Shown one piece after another: positions 1 through 11,280 of a DNA stretch of 64,000 nt. A program made the position numbers and the translations under genes. The DNA lies in the NCBI GenBank assembly GCA_951406725.2, contig OX597837.1, positions 13,454,001 to 13,518,000 of the forward strand, given 5' to 3'. The number at the start of each line of letters is the position of its first letter. The stretch's first letter is position 1. This DNA is from Octopus vulgaris. Its lineage: Eukaryota. The notes under the pieces are model-generated. The model searched no databases, was not told where the DNA came from, and saw nothing but the letters and a program-made list of their open reading frames with translations.

Positions 1-74
1 ACCCTTTATCAATACTTTAAATTTCAGCAGGCAACCATCTACCCTCTGCCATATAGACAATTTTTTTGTGTGTA

Positions 75-645
75 TTGTTACAATACCCGCGTTCAACAGT
101 GTTAAATAAAGTTAGTTTTACATTCGTTTAGCGTTGCAATGTCAGAATTATGTTAGAATCTATGTGCAATGGTGTTAAATATATATATAAAAAAAGACAA
201 TTACAGTTGTTTGTTATTGTGATGCCCCTTACCAGATTAGAACCCTCGATCAATGATGTGAAAGTTAGATGCACCCGTTTATATCTACAGTACCCCTATT
301 CGTGTTAATCCATGTTTAATAGCGTTAAATAAGTTATATATATATTTGTTTAATGTTAGACTGACCCCAGTCGGATTAGAACCGACGTTTAATGGTGTTA
401 AAATTTTTTTTAAATGTAATATACATTTGGTTATCGTTACAGTGTACCCCATTCGGGGTGGACCCCACGTTTAATAGCGTTAAATAAATAAAGTTATATA
501 TATTTATTTAACGTTACACTGACCCCAGCCGGATTAGAACCGACGTTTAATGGTGTTAAATTTTTTTTTTAATGTAATATACATCTGGTTATCGGTGCAA
601 TGTGCCCCATTCGGGGTGGGCCCCGCGTTTAATGGTGTTAAATAA
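75..645. repeat. Degenerate dimeric minisatellite (~80-bp subunits, ~160-bp period) in the intron after the H2C2 exon
   Basis: gtta(g/c)actgaccccag(t/c)cggattagaaccgacgtttaatggtgttaaa at ~355 and ~513; ccccattcggggtgg..ccc.cgtttaat..gttaaataaa at ~446 and ~605; more diverged copies at ~77, 132, 219, 286. Confidence 0.8.
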
Positions 646-693
646 AGAGCAGAACAGAAAGAGAGTCCAGGGGAGACAAATATATAAACTTAC

Positions 694-1278
694 ATTTTCC
701 ATCACCAAGTCCTCACTTTTCAATATCCTCAACATAAACAAATCCGACTGCGACTGGTCATTCTTGTCGTTCCATCGACCCGTCGCCGGATTTGCTGACT
801 TCACTGGACTCTTGTTGAATCTGGCCTTACTACAATGGTTCTTGTAATTTCCATGTCTGCGACTACTGCACCTCGGACACAGAGAAATATAGATTTTTAT
901 GGCTTCGGCCGTCACATTGGCATATAATTGACGGGTGATGTTCTGCATTCTGTTGATACCAGCATGGGAATGAGTTAAGTGAACAGCTTTCAGGGCTCGG
1001 AATAAATCCTCGTCGGCGATGTAAGGACGAACGGATTCCGAGTCTCTTCGTCTTCTTCTCTTAATTAGTTTGGTTCCTTGATCATTGGTGACCAAATCAA
1101 AACGGCGAGTTACATTGTATTCTTCCCCAGTCCAAGCGGTTTTCTTGTCCCAAGCCCCTTTCAAAATGAGCAGGTATTTGTTGTATTGTTCCTTTGTCAT
1201 GCTAACTACATTTTTACCTATTTTCTCATTTTTCTTCACTCTCCACGTTCTCAAGAATTCTTCTTCGGACGTCAACAT
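694..1278 (-). CDS. Coding exon (195 codons) of a KRBA2/SCAND3-like protein with an integrase zinc-binding (H2C2) motif; gene likely continues left of the window
   Basis: ORF 589-1278 contains LFRALKAVH-LTHSH-AGINRMQNITRQLYANVTAEAIKIYISLC-PRC, the HHCC integrase Zn-binding signature of KRBA2/SCAND3/NOL4-type proteins. A consensus donor AAT|GTAAGT at 693-688 (phase 0) ends the exon; the last 34 aa of the listed ORF run into an intronic repeat. Confidence 0.8.
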
Positions 1279-1400
1279 GATGAGACAAGTTGTATTTACC
1301 TCATGTGTTTTTTCCTTACCCCTGGGCCGTTATCAAACGAGCAGGTTGGTGTTGGTCAGTTAGTTTCAAGTTGAGATACACGGACCAAATTTGATGTTTA

Positions 1401-1407
1401 TTTTATA
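1401..1407 (-). promoter_or_regulatory. Candidate TATA box upstream of the H2C2 exon
   Basis: TATAAAA on the minus strand ~125 bp upstream of the ATG at 1278; motif match only, in AT-rich DNA. Confidence 0.3.
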
Positions 1408-2388
1408 CACTATTTCCATGTACACTCCTTTCGGACGTGAGCTATTTATTATTTAAATTCAATTTTCTTTTTTAAATCCCCTTCCCGTGTTAGAAAAATA
1501 GACGAGGTATAAATACCGAATTAATCTTGTTCCACTGGTTTCAGATGTCTATATAAAGTGGTGATATTTGAAGATATTATTGATCGTAATATGCCTATTT
1601 TTAACAAAAATCCCATCTATGAAGAGATATATTTATATGTGTTATCCGGATGGTTAACTCGCGATCCAAATATATCAGACTTATCCACAGATGTAATTTG
1701 CTATCCAGGGAAAAGATGTTAAAAAGAGATCTACAAAGAAAAATGTCCAGAGTGAAAAAATAGGCAAAAATATGCCAGTTGGGCGGGAAATAAAGTTTTA
1801 TCAGTTGATATAAATGGATTAGATTAAATAAATTGGAAACTATATCATAACGAAAAACATAGAATTCATTGCGATAATAAGGCAAATGTTGGATCGTAGA
1901 GCGAGTGGTATATTACAAATCATATATAGTTTATGCAGTCTCAAAATAGATAAATGCACGATGCTTAAAAATGACAAAGACGTAAAACGAACAGCTTTAA
2001 AGAATATATATATATATTGCTCAACTAAAATCGATATGCAGACATGTAATATTAATCGTATATAAAATTATATGGTTTTTCCTGAATAAGCCATCATTCC
2101 TTCTCAGAAAACAGTCTTAGTTCCATAAGGTGAAAGTAGTAAAATGAAATAAGGTCATAATTTCATCTCCAAGTGACATGGAAGTTAACTGAAACAAAAT
2201 AATAAGTATGGTATATAAATATGTGCGCGTAGAAATGTTAGTCTGGTATAAAAAATATTTTGTTTAAGCAGTTTCTTTTAGATGTTTAGTTATCCGAAGT
2301 TTGTTTGCTTCCTTGGTCAGTTCCTATATCGTAGAATAAGAGCATTATATTCGGTAAATCTACACTAAGTAGGTGAATATGATAAAGT

Positions 2389-2660
2389 TCACAGCTGGTG
2401 AAATTCATGAAATGTAGGCTGTTCGTTCTTACGGCATACAGAGGCCCGGGCCAGTTTCCTTGGCAACGAGGGAAGTGCTTTTGATTGATTGACTGTATCT
2501 AGAGACGGCGGCGATGATGGTGGTGGCGGTGGTTGTAATAGTTGTGCTATTTGCGTTGGTGGCGGAGCCGAGAGGGGTGTTGCTGTCAATGACGCTGGTA
2601 ATGGTGGTGGCGGCGGCGGCGCCGTATATGCGTATATTGCACATCTTTATATATTCCACG
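2389..2660. other. GC/CpG-rich low-complexity island (GGC/GGT triplets); possible exon or promoter
   Basis: Local GC and CpG enrichment; minus-strand frames give Pro-rich or Ala/Thr-rich peptides; GTAAGA donor-like site near 2432. No recognisable homology. Confidence 0.25.
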
Positions 2661-3562
2661 CTGACTGCTGCATTGTGTATGCTCAGATACTATTAACATA
2701 AATATGCAATATTGGAGAGGTTAACCTGAATAAGGTGTGGTGGTAGCAGCAGATGTATGTATCTGATTTGTACATGTTTGTGTGTATTTTTAATCTATAT
2801 ATGATGCAAAACCAACTTGGCTCTAATGCATGCCTGCTGTAATTTGAGTGGCTAGCGCTTCGCCATTAACTTTCTATATACATGAATCTAAACTTAAAAT
2901 ATATGGATACCGTATATAATTACATTATGTGCCAGCTTGCTAGTGCTCTGTCTACACATCTATCAAACACGTAGTTATAAGTGTATGTGTGTGCTTATAA
3001 CACTAATAATGTATGTGTACTTTTAATGTAATGTATGCACGTTGGAGTGCTTAAGCTTAGAGCTGGACTACACCGGCTGAAATCAAACTGGAAAATTATA
3101 AACATCATAAGAGGTTTGTGAGTTGTAAACGGAATAAATTTGGTAGCGTTTTGGGGTGTGCTTGTCATCAAAACGGGAAAGATATAGATGGAATTATATG
3201 GATTTCGATATTAGAGAAACAGAAAAAAGAAATATTGTGTGAAATGTTTGAAAAGAGGAAGGTAAGACAACTGCGCAGAGTGAATTGTAAGAGGGAGATA
3301 GAATAATGATCACTTAAGAAAAGCTTAACGGGAACGGGTGGTTAGGAGGTTCCTAGGTGGAAATAAAGAGGGGACGCTAAAAGACAGGACTGATTGTGAG
3401 AATCGGAAGGTTTTTCAAAGAGCAGAGAAAGGGAACAAGGATAAAAGAGGGAGAGAAAAAAGAATCGAGTAGAGTGAAAGGTCAGTGCAAGAAATGGAAA
3501 ATGGTGACAAACACACACGTGTGTGTGTGTTTAATGTAACTGGAATCTTTATATATATATAA

Positions 3563-3980
3563 AACCACCCTTTAAAAAAAAAATTTTTTCGACACAACCC
3601 CACCGCTTTTCGGCTACGGGGAATAGGAATATGCAAAAAAATTTTCCTTTTTCAAAATATGCAGGAAAATACGGAGATTATGGATTCTGAAAAAAAATTT
3701 TTGTAAATTTTTTTTTTTCTAAATATGGGGAAAAATTCGGACAAAAATTTTAAAACATTTCTGTGGTTACGGTTTTAGGGTTTAGGGGGTTTTAGGGTTG
3801 GAGAGAAAAGTCAAAATTGAAGAAGTTGGGGGGAATTTCACAATGGCAATTTTCTGGAACCTCCGTATCCGAAAACTGGGATTTTTGGCAAAAAAAATTT
3901 TTTTAATAGACAAATTTGGAAGAAAATGGTGGTGGTGGGGGGGGCAGGACGGGCGAAAGTCTTTCCTTGTTAAGGGTTAA
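3563..3980. mobile_element. Unclassified non-autonomous DNA element with internal telomere-like (T)nAGGG repeats
   Basis: ggttttagggtttagggggttttagggtt at ~3771-3799 in a CpG-containing block; termini not clearly resolved. Confidence 0.3.
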
Positions 3981-4089
3981 TAAAGCCATGAAAATGAATG
4001 GCACTTAAAAACACATCAGAAATAATTAATTTTAATATCCTGTCTAAGATAAACTATTAATAATTATGTTGTGATGGGTCATTAAAAGA

Positions 4090-4420
4090 TCATCATCATC
4101 GTTTAACGTCGGTTTTCCATGCTAGCATGGGTTAGACGATTTGACTGAGGACTGGTGAACCAGATGGCTGCACCAGGCTCCAATCTGATCTGGCAAGGTT
4201 TCTACACAGATGCTCTTCCTAACGCCAACTGCTCCAAGAGTGTAATGGGTGCTTTTCACGTGCCACCGGCACAGGAGCCAGTCAGGCAGCACTGGCATCA
4301 GCCACACTTGAATGGTGCTTTTTAGGTACCACTGGCACAGGAGCGAGTCAGGGTGGAGGTGGAGGCTGGCATCAACCACATTTGGATGGTGCTTTTTACG
4401 TACCACTGACACAGGAGCCA
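4090..4420 (-). mobile_element. Family A retroposon ((GAT)n-tailed, RTE-like 3' end or derived SINE)
   Basis: Reverse complement of the ...ggaagggcatccagctgtagaaac...catgctagcatggaaa.cggacgttaaacgatgatg module seen in more than 10 copies in this window. Confidence 0.85.
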
Positions 4421-4439
4421 GTTGGTGAGATGGTTGTTT

Positions 4440-4680
4440 TTGAGATAGCACCATACTTCCAACAGTTTTATGATATGCACAAGGTGGACCTTTTGCCTGA
4501 TCTAATGGATAAGCATTTGCTCTTCTGCACGAGCAATCCAAATTTTCCTTCCTAATAGGTTGACTTGAGATTAATGCCTTAATATAGGGAACACAACTGT
4601 AACTGGTTTTCACAAAATCCCTGTTGAAAATTTTCCTACACCTACCTATGTTCTGCTTGTGTTTTATTTTATTTTTTGTA
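4440..4680 (-). mobile_element. Penelope-like element relic (RT/GIY-YIG linker region)
   Basis: Translation KQNIGR..RKIFNRDFVKTSYSCVPYIKALISS..CSCRRANAYPLD resembles the KIFNRNTVKVSYSCMPN..CNCR..CPL motif of Penelope-like ORFs. Confidence 0.7.
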
Positions 4681-4699
4681 ATTTTATTGCAATTTATCC

Positions 4700-4888
4700 A
4701 TGTGCCACCTAAAAGCACCTGGTACACTGTGTAAAGTGGTTGGTGTTTGGAAGGGCATCCAGCCATAGCGACCATGCCAAAACAGACAAATGGAGCTTGG
4801 TGCAGCTCTCTGACTGGCCGGTTCTATGTTGAACTCTCCAACCCATACCAGCATGGAAAAACAGACGTTAACTGATGATGATGATGAT
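4700..4888 (+). mobile_element. Family A retroposon 3' fragment
   Basis: aaaagcacc..ggaagggcatccagccatag..catggaaaaacagacgttaactgatgatgatg. Confidence 0.8.
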
Positions 4889-5358
4889 AATATACACACG
4901 CTACTGAAAATAATTATTTAATATATTTATTGAAGCTGATACTTTGCAAAATGCTTTATGAAGTTTTAATTCCCAATAAATCTGTTGTGAGGGGTCAAAC
5001 AGACAGTTGTTGGAGCATTGGATAGAAAGCTTCCCACTATTTGTTCTGGCCCTCATTGATCTAAGTTCAATTTGTGCCTTTTATCCCTTCAGGATCAATA
5101 AAATAAAGTACTAGACCAGTGCAGAAAGCATTCCTTCTTTCTCTTTATCTCTTTGTTTCTCCTTCTCTCTCTCTCTCTCTAAAAAAATTCAGCTGTGACC
5201 AGAATTGCAAGGGAATGGGTCCCCTCTGATTTAAATCCCACAGATATTCCACATGTCATGTTGGAGTCCCTGCGACTCCATCAGTTGTTGAAAGCACTGT
5301 ACACATTTCATGCATACAAAACATAACCTTGCACACACAAATAACCATTTATATAAAA

Positions 5359-5716
5359 CTAGCTGTATTGCCCGGCATTGCTCGGGTTTGTTTCGACCCT
5401 TTAAAATTGGAATTTTTGAAAAGTAAAAATTTTACATTATGTAGCTTGTTATTCTCTTTAAGTGAACATTTTTCTGGTTGAAATACACTGAAAAATGGCG
5501 ACACAGCAGTAAAAAATAGGGATTTTCATAGAAAAAAGCACCTTTTTGATGTAAATAATTTTTGGTGTTAACATGGTCCAATTTGAATTTTTTCTTCTAC
5601 GGAAGGAAGAGCAAGCCTTCTTCTATCCTACTCTCAATTTTGGTCAACTTGCGCCGCAGTGCCTCGGAGGAGATAGTGTTAGTTGAAGGCTAACCTCAGC
5701 TTTATATATAGAGAGA
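5359..5716 (-). mobile_element. Non-autonomous Helitron (copy 1)
   Basis: Minus strand starts A|TC, ends with a GC hairpin (cccgagcaatgccggg) then CTAG|T; no TSD; near-identical to 47157-47533. Confidence 0.85.
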
Positions 5717-6071
5717 TGACATAAGACATAAGTGTAGTGGAAGCTAAGGTTATAATAATCATAATGTCAATGATATTATGCAAATGGCTACCATCGGTTA
5801 TGCGAATGACTCAATGATCAGTTTTTATATCTTTGCAGGTTCCAGCCATCTTTTGGATGCATTGCATTCTGTTGCCTTGGCTACATTAAAAATACCAAAC
5901 TTTGAGTCTCCATTATATTTCATTATGTTTTATTTCTTTTTATCTCCAGGTGACTCTTTTAAGACCTTTGATTGTAAGCAGGTGATACACACAACAGATA
6001 AGGTGATGAGATGGCAGAATCGTTGCTGTGCATTTTTAATTGGCATTGATGAAGCAGTCCACCACATAGTT

Positions 6072-6355
6072 TGTTCCTTGCTGTGGCATGGTAGCTTGTG
6101 TCCTTCAATGACCCTGGAGCTATGCCAGCAGAGCATAAGCTCCTGGTAGGTATTCCCATGCTGGACATGACTAAGGACACTGACCAAACTAATAAGGACT
6201 ACCTCTTCCCAGAGGGCCAGAAGCACCGATGCCATTTCAAAACCGATGAGCTAGGAAAAGAAGGTCACTCCTAATCTAAAATCCCAGAGCCAAGAGCAGT
6301 GGAGAAAAGTTGTCTGTGGCCTACACTTCATTGGGAGCAATGGGCCTAAGTAATT
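6072..6355 (+). mobile_element. Short RTE-derived non-autonomous element (5'-like plus 3'-like ends joined)
   Basis: ccttgctgtggcatggtagcttgtgtccttcaatgaccctggagctatgcc (RTE 5'UTR-like, related to the head of the copy at 60280-60632) joined to tggagaaaagttgtctgtggcctacacttcattgggagcaatgggcctaagtaa (RTE 3'-like). Confidence 0.55.
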
Positions 6356-6889
6356 GATAAAGTAACAGCTTTCTAAAAGCTCAGATTTAAATTAATGAAT
6401 TTAGGTATTATATTGCTTGGTATTTTAGAAGTTTTGCTATTGTATGTTGCTGCCTCAAAGCATGGGAATACCTACCAAGGACAGAAGCAACCAAAGAATT
6501 GATTATTAGTCATGCAAGAATGAGTGCAGATTGATTGAGAAGTTCAGTTCTCGACCACATGATTCTGGATTTGATCCTGATATGCAAGCATCTTCATCAG
6601 CTGCCTTCTATCAAAGCATTGAGTTGAGCAAAACTTTGTGAATGGAATTTGGTAGATGGGACTACTACGTCCTACAATAGTTCCTTTGTGGTGAACTCCA
6701 TCAGGGAAAGCGGATGGTTGTGGAGCAAAGGAAATGGTTAAGGTGCAAGGACTGCTGAAAAACATCTCTGAAAGGACTGCAGCAAGTTCGCAGGTGAATG
6801 ACTGGTAGATGATGATGATGAAGGACTGTTGTCGGTGTTGGCACATTGTGCACTCAACAATTGGCCAGTATGTTTTCACCATTGGTCCC

Positions 6890-7435
6890 TGTGCATGTCA
6901 TGTGACAGCAACAGACACATGTATGTAAAAGACGTATGAGCGTGATCATTGCCAGAGCAGCCAAATGGCTTCCATGCTGGTGGCACGTAAAAGGGTACCA
7001 TTCGAGCATGAATGTTACCAGTGTCGCCTTACTGGCACTTGTGCCCGTGCTAGTAGGGTGCCAAGAGCACCATCCGAGCGTGATCGTTGCCAGAGCAGCC
7101 AACTGGCTTCCATGCCAGTGGCACGTAAAAGGGCACCATTTGAGCGTGATCACTACTAACGTTGCCATACTGGCACCTGTGCCGGTGGCATGTGTAAAAG
7201 GATTCGAGCGAGGTCATTGCCAGTACCGCCTGACTGGCCCCCATGCCGGTGGCATGTAAAAAGCACCCACTACACTCTCGGAGTGGTTGGCGTTAGGAAG
7301 GGCATCCAGCTGTAGAAACTCTGCCAGATCAAGATTGGAGCCTGGTGCAGCCATCTGGTTCACCAGTCCTCAGTCAAATCGTCCAACCCATGCTAGTATG
7401 GAAAGCGGACGTTAAACGACGATGATGATGATGAT
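6890..7435 (+). mobile_element. Family A retroposon with ~5 tandem ~65-nt double-hairpin units
   Basis: Repeated gagcgtgatc.ttgccag...ctggc...ggtggcacgtaaaa..gcacc units, then the conserved tail and (GAT)n. Confidence 0.9.
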
Positions 7436-8179
7436 ATAATACCTACCTAAAGTGGACTTGAAATAACGATGGGAACGAACTGAGGGTGTTATGTTTCTGT
7501 CACATGTACTGGAATGTTAAGGAGTTTGTGTTTAGTCTACTTCTAGCAAAGAAGTATCAAACCAACGTTTTACATGTGAAACTAGGGCAGCTCATGAAAC
7601 GTAAGAGGGAAATATATTCCACAGGAAAATCCTATTTACCAAGTGAAAAGTCTTCGTTGCTGTTGCCATTGTCTCTGCCCACTGCACTACTCAGTTTTTG
7701 ATGCAGCCTGGTCAGTTGGTGACCTCTTGACCCAATATAAATTTCTATTGCGTAATATAATTTGGACCTCCACACAGACATACACAGACGATGTTTTGGA
7801 GCAGCTGTGGTCCACTGAACTGAATACAGAAAATATTTCCTGCAGATCAATGGTGGAATAAACATCCAAAACTAATGACTGTTCAATCAATGCATCACCT
7901 TCTGTGCCACCCTGAAAGATTTGATAATGGTTTCACAATAAATTGTATTTTGATAATAGTAAATAATAAGAATAGTTTCAAATTTTGGTATAAGACCCGT
8001 AATTTTAGGGACTGAGAGTTATATATTTTATGATTTAATTTTTCAAAATAACTAAGGATTAAAGCTAAACAAAGTGTCATATTATATATCTGAGAGAATT
8101 AATTAATAAAGTTTGTTGATTAGTTATCATTAATTATGCTCATGCAACATCTTCCAATAAGTAAATCAATTCTAAAAAT

Positions 8180-8340
8180 GTCCTGTGCCAACATCACATA
8201 AAAAGCACCTGTGCCAAAGCCACGTAAAACGCACCTGTATCAGCACCTCATAAAAATGCACCTGTGTTGGTACCACATAAAAAGTACCCAGTATACTCAG
8301 TAAAGTGGTTGGCATTAAAAGGGGCATCCAGCTGTAGAAA
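8180..8340 (+). mobile_element. Family A fragment with ~24-nt short tandem units
   Basis: cctgtgcca..acataaaaagca repeated 4-5 times, then gtggttggcattaaaaggggcatccagctgtagaaa. Confidence 0.65.
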
Positions 8341-8600
8341 GTGTGCGTATAAAGCATATGCAGTAATGTACAAATGTCTTGGAAGTGAACAGTGTATGAG
8401 TCAGATTCATGCTTGTGTGTGTATGGAGGAGAGAAAATCAGGTGTAGTGTTGGCGAATCTCAGGAAGCATGGAAGTTTTGAAGGATGCAGTGCTCCGACA
8501 ACTAACAACTGATGCCGGCAGTCTGTTCCATGCTTCAGCAACTCTTAGCATGAAAAAAATGTTTCCGAAAGTCATGGGAGCTGTGCTGTTTTCTGAGTTT
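8338..8600 (-). mobile_element. CR1-group LINE 3' end relic
   Basis: FFMLRVAEAWNRLPASVVSCRSTASFKTSM matches the FFS.RV...WN.LP..VV......FK..L C-terminal motif of CR1/L2 ORF2. Confidence 0.75.
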
Positions 8601-9342
8601 GTAAACATGTCTACAGGTATTAGACAGGTGGAGTTTGAAAAGGTGCTCAGAGTTATGTTAGCTTTGAACAAATATGGCTTAGGTAAATTGATGATATATG
8701 TAAAACAAGCAGAGAAAATATAGAATAACCAAATATAGAAGCAATACATAAGATTTATAGATTGAAAATTAACACTTGGCTAGTAATACATGTATAACAG
8801 CCCTTTGAAGGAGACTAAGGGTAAAAATAATTAGAGCTAAAATATATAATGTATTATGTTTGAAAATTAATTAAGAATAAGTCTAGAATTAGCAAAAATA
8901 AAATATGATACTAATTATGCAGTAAGTTTCTAAATTTTTATAAGTGGAGGAGTAGATAAGGTGTGAGGATAAAAAGGGATTAGGGTTAAATATATAATGT
9001 TACATTTGACAATTAAGAATATTATAAAGGAGCAAGTGAAATGTAAAAAATTATTAATTTTTATAATGAATGTTTGGGGGAAACAATAGTCCATTGAAAC
9101 AGTTAAAGAATGAGTATTAAGAATTAGCAGAAATTAAACTAATGAGGGTCGTCAAAAAGTGGAATGTAATATCCGTGATGTAATTGGATGCTGTTTTTTT
9201 TTTTAATATGTATGAACTGTAAGAAACGTTTAATGAGGAAATTAACGAGCAAAGGCGGAAACAGAGAATATACGAGAACAAAGAATGTCTTGCAACGAGA
9301 AACAAGCATGAGATGTATTGAAGTTGTGTTACATACTGTTTT

Positions 9343-9742
9343 TACTCTTTTACTTGTTTCAGTCATTTGACTGCGGCCATGCTGGAGCACCGCCTTTAGT
9401 TGATCAAATCGACCCCGGGACTTATTCTTTGTAAGCCCAGTACTTATTCTATCGGTCTCTTTTGCCGAACCGCTAAGTAACGGGGACATAAACACACCAG
9501 CATCGGTTGTCAAGCAATGCTAGGGGGAGAAACACAGACACACAAACATACACACACACATATATATATACATATTTACGACAGGCTTCTTTCAGTTTCC
9601 GTCTACCAAATCCACTCACAAGGCTTTGGTCGGCCCGAGGCTATAGTAGAAGACACTTGCCCAAGGTGCCACGCAGTGGGACTGAACCCGGAACGATGTG
9701 GTTGGTAAACAAGCTACTTACCACACAGCTACTCCTGCGCCT
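9343..9742 (-). mobile_element. Family B tRNA-derived SINE with CORE-like domain, full length
   Basis: Head with A/B-box-like motifs (gctgtgtggtaag; gggttcagtccc), CORE-like ggcaccttgggcaagtgtctt, internal (TA/TG)n, tail gaaacaagtaaaagagtaaaa. Confidence 0.9.
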
Positions 9743-9759
9743 ATAAAAACATTTGGAAA

Positions 9760-10150
9760 AGAACTGCATTCAGAATTTATGAGATGGCATTAGCAATGAT
9801 ATGGCTGAGACAGAGTTTGAATAGCTTTGAACTCTCCCATCTAGTTTTATAGGAAGCCTAAGATATTTGCTGGAGAGGACAAAGGATGCTGTGACTTATG
9901 GGTGTCTTAATCCTTTCATCACTTTTACGTGCAATGCTAAATGGATCAAGATGTAAGCAGAGTTTTTTCCCAGGACAGTTTGTACATTGACAGACGCAAC
10001 TTAATTGTAAGAGTTTTTCCTTTCAAGGTTTCCGAGTTGTTCGACCTAATAACTAAATCTCACATATTTCAACCAATTTGTTGTGTCATGAACACAATTG
10101 ACTGGCAAGAAAAAGAGCTGTCTCACCTACATATATCATTCTGCCTTTTA
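9760..10150 (+). mobile_element. Helitron RepHel (Rep/HUH domain) relic, frameshifted
   Basis: Piecewise translation LPSSFIGS.RYLLERTKDA..FITFTCNAKW..FFPGQ..DRRNLIVRVF..LFDLITKSHIF..MNTIDWQEKELSHLHI matches the Helitron Rep motifs FITFTCNPKW and IEWQKRGLPHAH. Confidence 0.85.
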
Positions 10151-10616
10151 CAGGAAATTTATGAAACAGAGAATTTATGGCGGAGAGAGTGCATGTCATT
10201 GAGGAAGTCACAAATGGCAACAAAAGGACTTTGAAAGCAAGTGAGCAATTAGCTGGTAGGCTAAATAACTAACCAGTGACTAATAAGAAAGCTGAGCTGA
10301 CCCCGAGAGTACCAAACAACATTAAAATCCTCCAGCACATTGTTTGGTTTTCTTTAAATCATATGAAATAGGACACAAAACTTTTATAAAAAACTTGAGC
10401 GAATCCTCAGTCATTTTTCTGTTAGCTTTTCCATTCTGGCAAAAGTTGGATGAGACTTCTTGCCCTGACATCAATAAAAAAAGTACCAGCTTTGTGCTGG
10501 TGCAGTTTCCACTTTACCTCCTCCTGTCACATCCTGAATCAAGGGTGGGACAACAAAGGGTGCTTATGTCTGCTCACGACTGCATGGGCGCCTAAAACAA
10601 TCAACAACAGCATGGG

Positions 10617-10800
10617 TGGAGGCGCAATGGCCTAGTGGTTAGGGCAGCAGACTTGTGGTCATAAGAACGTGGTTTTGATTCCCAGATCGGGCATTGTGAG
10701 TGTTTATTGAGCAAAAACACCTAAGCTCCACAAGGCTCCAGCAGAGGGGTGAACCCAGCTGTACTCTTTCACCACAACTTTCTCTCACTCTTTCTTCCTA
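10617..10800 (+). mobile_element. Family D tRNA-derived SINE, 3'-truncated
   Basis: tggaggcgcaatggcctagtggttagggc (A box)..gattcccagatcggg..caactttctctcactcttt; homologous to 34716-35022. Confidence 0.8.
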
Positions 10801-10828
10801 CTTCTGCCACAAAGCAGAGGAACCATGG

Positions 10829-11119
10829 TGTAACCCACTATGGTGTGGTAAACTTTCAGACCCTAGTCTAGATTGCGAATCCTCTGTACCCCAGGATGGT
10901 TCAGCTCTCCACTTGTTAAAAGCCACCGTTTACGGAATGAGGATAACAATGTAGCTTTCGCACCCGTGCAACCGCCAGTCTATCGCGTGTGGTGGGTGGA
11001 TCTTCAAGTTGCCACACGCACTCTTAGTAGCTTAGAGTAGGCTTGAATTAGAGATTATTCTTTGTAGCGAATGGCGTGAGTCCTGATTGGAAGAAGGGAA
11101 GAAGAAGAAGACGACAACA
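10829..11119. mobile_element. Possible solo LTR
   Basis: 291-bp CpG-richer block bounded by TGTAAC...CAACA; flanks ccatgg / gcatgg (imperfect TSD). Confidence 0.4.
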
Positions 11120-11249
11120 GCATGGTACAAGCTAACAAGTTGTCTTTGATAACCAAGAATCTTAGAAATATTTACTCAGCATTGAAACGATTATACTAAG
11201 TTACTGACTGATGTTTTAATTATTTTGGTAAGTATGGGAGACAACTAAA

Positions 11250-11280
11250 GACATGTTTCAATACACTTAGTCCTCCTCAG
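11250..11280 (-). ncRNA. Degenerate minimal hammerhead motif
   Basis: Minus strand CTGAGGA-ggactaagtgtatt-GAAA-catg-TC; core present but stems I and II pair poorly. Confidence 0.4.

Noticed and set aside
589-693. Hydrophobic C-terminal tail (LYICLPWTLFLFCSLF) as a membrane anchor
   Set aside because: It lies after a perfect GTAAGT donor and runs into the intronic minisatellite, so it is probably read-through.
3771-3799. Interstitial telomere
   Set aside because: Only 3-4 imperfect units inside a probable transposon.
4122-4775. 217-aa ORF as a gene
   Set aside because: It is a chance fusion of two family A repeats and a Penelope fragment.
5830-5950. Plus-strand acceptor-like sites (5838, 5949; also 13669)
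   Set aside because: No supporting donor or recognisable coding content.
6930-7270. CRISPR-like repeat/spacer array (constant hairpin plus variable segments)
   Set aside because: The 'spacers' are homologous to each other, the array is part of a dispersed retroposon, there are no cas genes and the context is eukaryotic.
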